Source of the DNA: Seison nebaliae | Taxonomy: Eukaryota | NCBI GenBank assembly: GCA_023231475.1 | Contig: JALJEE010002061.1 | Coordinates: 62,001-118,187, forward strand | Length of the DNA stretch: 56,187 nt | Direction: 5' to 3' | Part shown: piece by piece, positions 39,101 through 51,207 of the stretch | How the letters are laid out: the number at the start of each line of letters is the position of its first letter | How positions within the stretch are numbered: the first letter of the stretch is position 1 | The notes under the pieces: model-generated | Told to the model about the DNA's origin: nothing | What the model saw: the letters and a program-made list of their open reading frames with translations, nothing else | Database searches by the model: none | Translations under genes and position numbers: made by a program

Positions 39101-42100
39101 GATAACATTCTGATTATTATTCATATAAAAATAATTATTATTTCCATTATGAAGATCATTTGTTATTGGAAGAAAATTAAATTGTTGTTGTTGTTGTTGA
39201 TCCGTTGATAATTGATTATTCGATTGAAATGATGCTTGTTGTTGTTGTTGATGTTGGGAATGATTTATTAGAAAATTATTTCCATTCATATTTGATGAAT
39301 TGAATTGTGTAGAATTGAAATGTTGTTTTTGTTGTTGTTGTTGTTGATGAGTGACGAATTCGGAGGGACATTGTAAATTCTCATTTTTCCGAGTACATTT
39401 TTCCATTAAATGATATTTCGATTGATTTGGATCGAGACTCTCATAACAATTCTTCAATTCTTTCTCATTCTTTATTAATCGATCATTCGAATTGAGTGAG
39501 TTTGTCGACTCTAAATGCTTCTTCAGCAAATGAATCTTCAACTTGTTCAATTGTTCAGCAATGTTGGAATTCATATCATTCTTCTGGCCACATGTACTTG
39601 TCGTTGTTGTGGTAGTGGCAGAAGAAGAAGACGATTCACATTGAGGTGATGAATTTAAATTTGTTGTTATTGTTGTGATGGTGGAAGTCGTTGTTGAAGT
39701 TGAAGAGGAGAGATTGGATGATGAACAACGAAATTTTTCATTCTCCTTTCGATTCATATGATGACGTATTGAATCGAAAATGGCTTGTGCGATTATTGTC
39801 GATGTGTCTGTGGAGTTAGCAGCATTTGATGCTACATTCATATCCTTCTTCATATTCTTCTCATTGGAATCTTCTGAATCGAAATAGAAGAAGCAGAAAA
39901 TAGAAATGAATAAAAAAGAAGGAGAAATACGTGTCGACCAAAACCCTATCGGATTCAAGGCGGAAATGAGACGACTCAAAGAATAACTAAAAAATTCGTT
40001 ATTTATTCTATTATTTCATATCATACTACATTTTACTACTGGCGATAATAGTAGTAGTTTGAGATGAATTCTTCCCCTTCCCCATTATATTCGATGCACA
40101 AAAAAAAGAATTAAAGAAAATGGAGATGATTCCTTACGTAACTTTATGAAAGACATTGACATGAAGAAAAGAAAGTAAAAAAAAAGAATCTGTATCTATC
40201 ATCCTTCATTCTCCTTTTAAGAAAATTTCTCATATATCTTTTCTATCTATCCCATCCCATCCATCTATCTATCTATCTATCTATCGAACTAACTATCACG
40301 ACTAACGAGACTAACAGATAAAGTCTTCATTCTATAAAACTTGCAATAGTCTCACTATTCAATTTTATCTATCAACAAAATCCTTCTCATTCATCATCGG
40401 CGAATGTAATGTCATCGTATTCCGCGACGATTATGGGAAGTCCAATACATTCCTATTGATTATACTGATGATTTCTTTCAAAAGAAAAAAGACGACAAGT
40501 AAATTTCCGACATCGACTCGGAAGAAGGAAGTCGAGCAATAAAGACATATCAGCCGTACTCGAGCACAAGCTCATTTAATTCCCGAGCAGATTTAGGACG
40601 GAAAGAATTTGAGGGAGAAAGGTGAAGGTAACGGACGATGAGAATAAGTAGAGAATATGTAAATAGTCGTGAACAACATCATCAAGATGGAAATATTAAC
40701 CGATAGAAAATTACGATAATGATTCTTATGATTCTTTCATTTTCCCCAATATGTAACGATAGAGTGGAAGGGTGGAAGGTTGAAAAGAAAGACGAATAAA
40801 AGAAAAGGAAGATTGTTTCCGTATACATCATTCAAGACTCTCATCAACTAAACAAATGGAACAGAAAAAGATACCGGAAGGACATGACACCAAGGTCGAT
40901 TATTTCATTACAGTCGACTGAATAAAACGAACTGGTATTGATATATATATTTATATAATTATATGTTACATGGACGTGAGGACGATAAAAAGGAATGATC
41001 AATTTTGTTACTTTCCCAAAACTACTTTACAGCAATCGTCATGTCATGAAATAAATCAAAAATTATTGGCAACAATTCAAAAATAGATGTCATATAATAT
41101 TTTTCCATTTAACTTAATAGAAATACAGACTCCTCACTCACCCAACGAACCCATAGACGATAATTGAACTGATAAATTATTGCATGCTGGTCACGAACAT
41201 AACATGAACGATTTAATACTAGTTAAAAAATAATGAAAATTAAACGGAAAAATTATAATATAATATATGTATATTATAATATTTGAAAAATATCCGGAAA
41301 ATACTAGGGAAATATCCGAAAGAATTTTACGAATTTTTCGTCGATAAAGAAGGATTGAGGAGTAGTGTAAGATATTATAAAGACGAAATTCAGTTGAATA
41401 ATCTTGAACTGAATCGTAGATGAGATGTAGATGCATTTGTAGAAAGAAAATACAAATCATATTCGTTTGACAACAATAGTGTAAGGTAAGAGAAGAAACG
41501 AAACCACGAAGACGTCAAGGTAAAGTATAAGTATAATGTCTAATGTTTGGTTTGTAGAAGCGAGAATCACATTTCTTTGAATTTACATGAATTAATGATG
41601 TGTTATGTCACAACAATAATCGGTATGATTATATGGTAGAATGAGAATAATGATAATTCCCATCTGTAAATGAAGGAAAAGATAAATTGTTGTGGATGAA
41701 AGGATGGTAAAGAAGAAGGAATATGTTCAATGAACAAATATGAATACAATAAAAAAAACTGATATTGACTGCAATAAAAAGCACCTACTATACGAAAAAA
41801 ATTATATGACAGACGACCGATATTGGTTAAGTATAGAAACTACGTCTACTGTAATGTTCGTAATATTCATCAGTCTCATTCGTGAAAGCAAAGACGGAAA
41901 TCGAGAGGGAGGATTGAAGGTCTTTCTTCTCGGGCGATATGAATGGTAAGAAGAAGAAAGACGAAAAGGAAGTCGTAAATGAACAGATTCCTTCTTCATC
42001 ATCCATAATTTCTGTTCGCACTGAAGGTCTCCTTAACGGAACTACGATAATAACGTCGCGGAATATTATGATCCAAGGCTACCGTTTTTCCTTCGTTCAA

Positions 42101-44082
42101 ATTTGACGTATAATCTTACCACTAGTGCCGCAATTAAACGACCTTCGCATCTCATTAAATTGCGCAATCATCAATCAATCAATCAACCATCAAACCAATC
42201 CTTCACGTACATACGTTCGCTGCACTTTCTTCCCACAAATCTACACATGTCTATCGGAAATTAATTTATAAACATATTTCTCTTTCATCGACAACGTCCT
42301 TCGAACGATCATATCGGGAAGTATGTTCCTCTTCAATTCTTACTTCAATTTTGAGAGTAGTTGTAAGAGTGGTTGTTAGAACATGTGACTGATGTGTGAG
42401 AGATACATAAGATTCTATGCAGAACATCATCCAGAATAATGAGACGGAAAGAAAGAAAATCAGCAACTTCTCCTCATTGCAGCTGGTCTCATTTGGAGTG
42501 AGAGGAAAAGAAAAGAAGAAAAGTTATTTTCCTTTTTATACCTACCATTTCCGTGTTCTCCATTCTTTCATGCATGTCTAAAGTGGCATATGTAACCGAA
42601 ATGTATACATCACTTACCTTCATCAATATGACATTGTTTAGTCGACAACGAAGGTGGACGACTTCATCATTGATTGTTGCGTGAATGAATTCAGTTGTCT
42701 CAAGGATAAGCATCTTTATAAAATCTAATAAGTTCACAATAATGACGATAACTTCTCTTCACATAAAAATGTTCTCATATGAGAACAATCTTCTTCTTCT
42801 TCTATTTTGACGAACAAGAATTTTAGTCGTTTCGACACCTATTTTCCCGAGGAAATGGCAGCTACTGTGAGTGAAGAGTATGAATAAGAGTATGACCCGT
42901 AAGAAGGTCGATTACATTATCTTCTTCTCCTCAGTAATTTCTTTCATCATCGTTAACATCCCCACAAATCACAATGTTCATCGAACAGAATAACCTTCAA
43001 CTAACTTTTACTGCTGCATATGACGAGACGACTTTTCAATAACTGATTATTCAATAAACTAGAAGAACTTAATAATAACAATAATGATGGCGGTAGTGAT
43101 GAGGACTTTTGGGGGAAAAGTAGTAAGACGAGGAAATTACATGGGAGAGTATAAAACAAAACTATAAATTATATAGTTCCAACAACATCAGTTTCCTGTT
43201 TTTATCGCTGGAATGATGACACTGAATTTTCGATGAAGATATTTATAAGAGAAAGAGTTCCATGAAAGAATTATTATGATATTTCCGAATCTAAAATATT
43301 TGCTACCAGTCAAATGAAGATAGTGATGATGAAGATGAAGATTAATTTTCAATAATTACAAAACAATATGTGTTACTTTTGTTATTTAGGAAGAATTGAT
43401 GTCGGAAAGTTGACAAGAATGAAAAAGTAATTTACAAATAGACATCATTATCATCATACACGACAATAAAATTCGTCAATGTCTCTCCTTCCCCACAGCA
43501 GAACACAACACACACACACAAACATGTTCACTCTTACATCCGATCAACACACTCACGAACCATCAGATGGAATAAGGGAAGATATAAGTAAACTTACTCA
43601 CCTGATATATTCGACTCTGTAACGTATTTGGGTCGCGTCGTTTCGACCTCCACCATATTATTCTCAACAAATGATTTCGTTTTCCGTTCTTTCCCCATCG
43701 AATAATTTAGTGCTTGATATAAAAGATCACCATTCTCACCAATACGTTGTACGAACATCTCCTCGTTCATTAAGCATAATGCTTTTCCTGGAAAACGATG
43801 ATACAATTAAAAAATATAATAATTAAATTAAAATTAATAAATTTTTAGGATTGGTATCATCAGATGATGAAGGATAAAAAGAAAGTTGGATTTAAATTTA
43901 TCGAATTAACCATTTATATCGAATTTCTTGTATGGAAGATTGCGTAATTCGTATTCTTTTGAACACCAATGTAACCAAAGTTGTACATCAGTTCGTGACC
44001 AAGTGGATGGGTGACATTCTCGAATACGTTCCACCCGAACACAATCCTCCTCAAATATCAAATCGTTAATTTGTTGACTCAT
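36122..44082 (-). CDS. TEL/Yan (ETV6/7-like) ETS transcription factor with N-terminal PNT(SAM) domain
   Basis: Exons 44082-43911, 43787-43602 and 39873-36122, all phase-compatible, ~1369 aa. PNT: HPSTWSRTDVQLWLHWCSKEYELRNLPYKKFDING|KALCLMNEEMFVQRIGENGDLLYQAL. ETS (38372-38617): [62 protein letters not shown], resembling TEL 'CRLLWDY..YENFIRWED..NIIRKEPGQRLLFRF'. Confidence 0.88.
40263..40285. repeat. (ATCT)n tetranucleotide microsatellite in the large ETS-gene intron
   Basis: atctatctatctatctatctatc seen directly. Confidence 0.85.
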
Positions 44083-46259
44083 TTCAAATCATCTAATTGA
44101 TAAAAAGATACAAGAGAATGGTTGCGAAACTTTTAGAATTTTTCTCAGAAATTTCCATTTAAATTCTCCATTAACACACTAAGAAAAAATGAATTTAAAA
44201 TGGAATGAGAGCATATAATTGTGAGAAACAAAGAATTGCTTTGAAGAAAAGTGAAATAATTTAGGAAGGAACAACTTATGACAATGAGGTTTTCATGAAA
44301 TTATGAAGCTTAAGTATCTTAAGATGAGATAGAGCTAGATATTATGTAGTATGGATTAAGAGAACATAATGGGAAAAAGAAAATACTTTGAATTATAGAA
44401 GGAAAATGAGAAGTAAGATATTGATGGGGGTAGAATTGTGGTGGACGTGAAGCTGACCTAATTCGTATGAGGATCAGATGAATGAAGAAATAAATAATTC
44501 GGACAACGGTCATTGAAAATGAATAAGAAGGAAGATGACAAAGGAACGAGAAAATTCGGTTTAGAGGTCAGTGTTTAAGAGACGAACTATTGGAAAGAAG
44601 AAGAAGAAAGAAAACTGTTTGAGAAGAAGGAAAAAAGATGAAACTACAACAAAATTTATTTAATGTTAATAGGAATTGGATGTTGGAAAGAAATGAAACT
44701 AGAGAATAGGGTCAGTTGTTTCCTCTCCTTATTTTCATTTTTTTTCCTCTCACCAACATTCAATCCGTTATCGAACATATGTATAGATGTCGCCTTCGTT
44801 GTTGTTTAGTTCCCCTCCAGATGCATCATTCACTGAATTATTGAATATATCGGCAATCGGAATAAGGTCATCGAACTGGTCAGTTCACACATTCTCCATA
44901 TTCTCCCACACAAATCCAAGCTGGACGAACCACACTTTCTCATCTGTCAGTATTATCATTATCACTATCACGGTGAATGAGAAAGACTGCAGAGAAAAGT
45001 AGGTCTATTGACCATCTTGATATTTCCCTTCTACTTCACTTTATTTATATTCTCCCCTACCAATAAATAAATTAAATGAATTCCTCTTTCATTATAAATG
45101 AAACATTCCACACATTCACATATAAAACCAGACTACATCCGACCAAAGCACCATTGTCCTTATCGGTCGGAACTCATAGATTCTTTTCTTTACTTACCCA
45201 AAAACGAAAAAGAAATATTTCCCTCTCCTACATCTTCGTTTTTTCGTCATTCTTTCCTTCTACTTCTCTACTATTACTTCTTCTTCAATATCATTTACTA
45301 CTACCATTATCATGATCATCGTTCGTTAGTTTCATTGCCCTTTCCCCCAATGTCCACTTATCAAGAATAGAAAGGAAAAGAAAACCATATTAACACAGAC
45401 ATTAACAAAAGAATATTTAATCAATAAAAGCGAAAGGAAATCAGTTGTTACCATGTGAGTTGCGGTAAAGGAGGACGTCAATCGAACAATAATTATTTAT
45501 TTATTTATTTATCTAAAACTGACCGGTCTATACAGTCTCCTAAGGATAGCCATCAATCATTGAACTATCGACTGGACTCCGTTCAGGGAAATTATTTTAA
45601 AAAAATTATTTATTTTTATCGATTTCCTATTCACTCATTCATTAATTTTTATGAGAAGATTTGGTTCATTTCCTTTCCTTTAAAATAATCATTGACACCA
45701 TCCAACAATGCCAACAACAACAACAAACAAGAATTATGACAAGCGATAGGCATTTCGGTTTAATGCTTTCCTGAACATTAACAGCTGATATTCATCGACT
45801 CAACTGTGTCTGTGTAAGCGGTGCAATTTATTAGAATTTCCATTTCCTTTCACCAACTCCGAACTCCGATAATGAAAAAAATTAATCCCTTTTGGAATAA
45901 AAAATAAAAAACAATTTCTTTCCAAACTTATTTCATTTCTCCATATTCATTTCATGGTCAGCGGCATGAGAAAGGAGGAAAAGATGAAAGTGATTGCAGT
46001 GAATTTTATTAAAAAAATAAAATAAGATAACGAACAGGAAGGAACTTCAATAGGAAATATTTATAAAATTATTAAATTGAAACTAAATCTGAAATTTCTT
46101 GTAGGAAATTGTCGGTGACTCTGAAGAAATGTCATTAGTGTCGTTCAAAGTATCTTGTACAATTTCAGTTTTTGGTCATTTCTTTTTTTTTAAATTTATT
46201 GAAATTTTCATTCGTAACAGCTTGTCCAAAATTTGTGTAAAAATTTCTTTGTTGTACAA

Positions 46260-48098
46260 ATGGAAGAGAATAGAGAGAGTTTGGATGAGGGAAGAATTGT
46301 GAATGATGTCCAGAATTTCTCATCCTCGTCAATTAGTCTCCATACAATAACCATCCCTCAACTGTATGAAACGAATTGTGTTGGATTTAACGGACAGAAT
46401 TTAAATTCAGAAGAAAATGAAAATCCTGTACGAATTCCATCGATGTTTGTTACAACATCCGTTGAGAATCCGTTATCCCAGAATTGTATTTGGCTCACTA
46501 ATCAGAGTGACGATTGGATGAAACATCAGACGTCAATTTGGAATTGCAATAATCAGCAATGCCAAACTTCTCATTCCCAGAATCGATTAATTAATAGATT
46601 GGAAAATATTGAAATTGAAAATCAGTTTAATTATGGAGAATTGTTTAGGGTGAATGAATCGAATAAAGTGAATGAGAGAGAAGTTATGAGGAATGAAGGA
46701 AATGGATTGGAAAGTTATAATAATGACAATAAATATTTAAATGACGATTGTTTACTTGATGGGAATGGAGAGGAGGTTGAGAAGTTGATGGATGATGATT
46801 TGAATATTGAAGAATTTTTGGAATTACTTGAAGATGGAAATGAGAATGAATTACCTGGTGTACCTAGTGAGTTTATTGCAGAAAGAAAATTTAAGGACGA
46901 TCAAATATTTGATGATCAGGTGATAACTGGAAATTGTGAAATAAACGGAAATGAGAAAAAAATTGAAAGTTTCGTTGAAATGATGGAAGATTTTAGTGAT
47001 AATTGTCTAAATTCGAATGCGGAGGACGAAGTTGTAATTGAGGATACATCGTCTGATAAAGATATTTTGACTCTGGAGGATCAACAGGAAAAAGACGATC
47101 AATATTTAGAGGATGACGAATTATTTCGGCTACAATTCCCAACATTGTATCCGGAACGATTATCGACAGAAAAATCTATTGATGGAAATTTGATAAGAAA
47201 ACAATCGAATGGAGAACCGTCCGTATCAATTGAGGGAGGAACTCAACCGACCGATCAACCGAGAGTTTATGAATATTATTTCAAAGAAACACAACCTTTA
47301 ACGCATGAAATAGTGGAACAACGTCAGAAACAGGTAATTCAACATGAATTAGAAGCGATTTGGGCAGAGCATCCATCGGAGAGTAATTCACAAAAGGAAG
47401 ATTCGGATGATCTTAAATCTCAGTTTATTAATTTGGAAAAACCGGTGATGGTGATGGAAGAACCACAAAGGTTAGGATCTCAACCAGAACCTCGCTATAT
47501 TTATAATTATTATCGGAAACCGGAAGAACAAAATGATCATCAAAATCATCAACATCAGCTACATCAACAAAAAATTCAACCTCAAAAACAACAACAACAG
47601 GAAATACAGTATGAAAATCACAAAACTCAACAGATTCAACAACAAAAACAAGATCATCGTCAAAGCGAAAAACAACAACAAAAACCGCAACAACATGCAT
47701 ATGAACAACAACAACAGCAACATAGAGAACAACATCTCTATGAACAACAAGCGTCGGGAAAAGAATACGAACGACAGAGCGAAAATTGTCATTTGGAAAA
47801 AGCTCCACAACAAGAACCTCAGCAGAAAAACATGCAATTACCTGTAGTACGGATGCAACAAAACCAACAAAAATACCTGCAATTTCAACAATATCATCAA
47901 CTACAACAATATCAGCTAATGCAACAACAACTTTATCAACAAAGACAACAACAACTCCAACAACAAATAATAATAAAACAACTACAATTGGAAAAAAAAC
48001 AATGGCAACAACAACAAGTGCAGCAACAAGCACAACCACACTCCCAACAACCACAGCAGAAACAGCAACAGCAGCAGCAAATTGGGGGAGGACAGCAG

Positions 48099-48149
<51 letters not shown>

Positions 48150-50015
48150 CGTCTTGAACAACAACAGAAACAAGAACAACAGCAACAAATTCGAGAAGAA
48201 CAACAGCAACAGCATCAAGCACAACAACTGCACGAACAACAACAACAGAAGGAAAAAAAACCACAACAACAGCAAGCACAAACAGAGTCACAACAACAAC
48301 AATTTTTACTATATTCGAGTTTTAAAGAGAAATCTTTACATCACCAACAATTACGTAATAACAAAAACGAAAATTTGAAGCAAAGTATATTGTATCGACA
48401 ATTATCGATGAGTTTGCCGCAAGGTGTGATTAGAGAGACTACCGAACAAAATTGCATTAAGTTTAGCTTTGATCATTCGAACACCAAAGTAGATGAACAA
48501 GGACACGAACTTTTAAATATGGGAACTTTGGAAATAGATTTGACAAGTGACAATGAAATTTCGGAGGAAAATATTCATCAGGCAACAGATTCAAAAATTA
48601 TTATCCCGGTAACTTCCACATCGATATATCATCAACATTTTTCTGATTTACATAAGGAGGAAACACTTCAATCTTTGCTAAACCACAAGATGGTTCCTGA
48701 AAAGGAGTCAACTGTTTCTTCGTCACAACCGGTTGATGAGAAGCAAATTGATATTTTAGGAAAAGGACAACTATTAGTGAAAGAACAACACGAAATAGAG
48801 AAGGATCGAGAACAAAAGTTGAAGATATTGGATCGTTTAGAGAAGCAACAATTAATTCAAAAAGAAAATTTGATGAGAAAAGAGTTGGAAGAGCAAATAA
48901 CAACACTTGGTAAAGTGATGACAGAAAAGAAGGATGATATAGTGGATCATCTTTTGAAAAATTCCGATTATTATCCCAATCTACGAAACATAGTTGACGT
49001 AGTATCAGGTAAATTTAATCCTCCACAACAACAAGAAGAACATAAAGAGAAAGATGAAAAAGTGATAGAGATTGTCGATGATACGAATGAGAATAAAGAG
49101 AATAACAAACCGAAAAATATTTCCGTGGAATGTCCAACAGAAAATGAAAATATTTCTTCCGTTAATATCCCCATAGATTTCAATTCTCTAATTGAGAATG
49201 AGCAAATAATTTCTTCACGACGACAACCGGACAAGAAACAGAAGAGAAATTCAGATGTTCCTAACAATAATCATCCTGAACTTTCCAATAGGAAAAAATC
49301 TCGACCTTTCAATCAAACAATTGCGGTGAATAATCAAAATTTTTTCCACGTTCCTACTTTGGAATTGGTTGACAATATTTCAACGAACAACAACCATATA
49401 ACAATAGATAACAATGTTGACGTTGGAGGTGATATTCCAATTGAAGTAATTGATAGAAAAGAAGCGAAGAAGAAGAAACGAAAAGAAAAGAGACTTCTTC
49501 CTTATCAATTTCGACCAGTTCTCAAAACGACTCATGTCGCTCTCTCCATGTATAATATCAGGAGATCGCGAACTGAATTTGATTTCGCAATTCTCGACCA
49601 ATTCTATAAATTAATCAGATTGACACCCGAGAATTATTTGGCATATCATATCGGTTGTCTTGACGAAATGCCAACGAATTGTTTGAAATGTTCAGGAGCA
49701 AATAATTCACAGGATAGTGGATCGTTACAAAGCGAATATGATGATGAGCGAAGTGATTCGTTAATTTCAGTCTTAAGTACAATACCGAAACGTCCACAGC
49801 GACCACATTTGACGTATGAGAAATTAATATTGAAATATTGTCGAGATAATGGAATAAATCCACTTCTTTATGATTTTCGATCAGAATGTAGCGATCATTT
49901 TATTAATCATTATCGTTTATCTTATCTCACCGTTCTTCGAGCCGTCATCAATTACATCACATATTTATATAACTCAGTTGGTATAAAACCTGGTGAATTA
50001 ATCATAACAAGATGA
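46260..50015 (+). CDS. Large Gln-rich protein of unknown function (acidic N-terminus, polyQ core, basic NLS-like motif, Cys/His-containing C-terminal region)
   Basis: Uninterrupted ~1250-codon ORF, first ATG 46260, AATAAA just after the stop (50018). No recognisable family motif. Confidence 0.75.
48102..48149 (+). repeat. (CAA)16 pure trinucleotide repeat encoding polyQ
   Basis: 48 nt of uninterrupted caa inside the Gln-rich ORF. Confidence 0.95.
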
Positions 50016-50357
50016 TTAATAAAAAAAATAATTTATAGAAAAATTTTATTATTGTTGTTCTTTTCTTTGTTATTTTTTTATAAAAAAAGGACTGAAATAG
50101 TTTTTGGATAAACAATTTAATTTAATTAACCATTTTTCTTCCAATATTTCTGATAATTATATTCGTCCCTCATCAATTCTTTTTTTGCTCATCTTCCTTC
50201 GCTGATAAGTGAATAATTGTATTCATTCGAATATTCAACAACAACAGTAACCGATGACTAATTCAGGAATTGGGAATAACAATCTCAGCCTTTTCCCAAT
50301 GTTTTTATTTTAATATTTTATTTTCGTCTCTTCTTCTTTTCTCGACATATATCTATA

Positions 50358-51018
50358 ATGAGTTCCGATGATGGTGACGATCCCATTCGATATAAGATCA
50401 TGGAGAATATTGGCAAAATTAATTTGTTTAATTTAATTACTAATAAAAATTTCTTCATTCTTTTCTAAAGGATTTCAGTCAATAATCAAATTGATGAAAC
50501 TTATCCACCATCATTATTTAATCAAGTTCAAATTTGTTCTTTAATGAAAATGTTCCTTTCATTTCCTTTTCACAAAGATCTCACAAGATGAATATAAGGA
50601 ATCAATAAAAAAAATTAACAAAATTCTATCATCCAAAAAACGATTCAAAATATTCTGTCTCTCCTTAGCAACCGGATGTTGTTTATGTACAGCTGGACTC
50701 ACATTATTATTAGGATTATTAATTTGTCGAATTGTTAGAAAATTGTTTAGGAATTTTTTCAATTATTCTCTAATCTGATACCAGGAGTATGATACGCTCA
50801 AACGATTATTAGAAAAAGAGAATAAACGATTGTACAGACATCTCGGTTTCTATTGGCGTTTGAAACGTACCACTTCCTCAACGATGCCTGCATCATTGCA
50901 ACAATATGTTAATATATTTCTCTTTCATTTTTAAAATCAATAAATATTTCTCTTCTTATTTCACTAGTCTATCATTCTTTCGACATTACCCCAACTCTCA
51001 GTATGGCAACCTGATTAA
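50358..51018 (+). CDS. CHIC: Cysteine-rich hydrophobic domain protein (CHIC1/CHIC2 family, Golgin-A7/Erf4 domain)
   Basis: Five exons 50358-50425, 50471-50525, 50578-50733, 50785-50907, 50968-51018 give 150 aa: ..NQIDETYPPSLFNQISQDEYKESIKKINKIL..GCCLCTAG..LKRLLEKENKRLYRHLGFYWRL..QYSIILSTLPQLSVWQPD*. This is colinear with CHIC2 (..EFPSSL..EEFKASINRVN..CCCCTLG..LLEWENNRLYHKL.LHWRL..LPKTPIFRPD). Confidence 0.88.
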
Positions 51019-51207
51019 GTAATTAAAGACAACTTATTTATTTAATTCTACATTTCCATCTCTCATTCTTTTATTAATGAAAATTTTTAAATTAACAAAT
51101 AAAACAATTTCCATTCTAAATTCCATTCAATCAATTTCGTCTTCTTATTTTGATTCTATATCTACCGATCTCAACATATTGAAAATTAGGTTGAAATTGA
51201 ATAAAAT

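Noticed and set aside
39874..39979. Hydrophobic N-terminus of the 1285-aa ETS ORF (possible membrane-tethered TF)
   Set aside because: This is the polypyrimidine tract and acceptor of the intron (ttcag at 39874), not coding sequence.
47428..48378. Overlapping Val-, Leu-, Thr- and Asn-rich ORFs
   Set aside because: These are shadow frames of the CAA/CAG-rich polyQ region.
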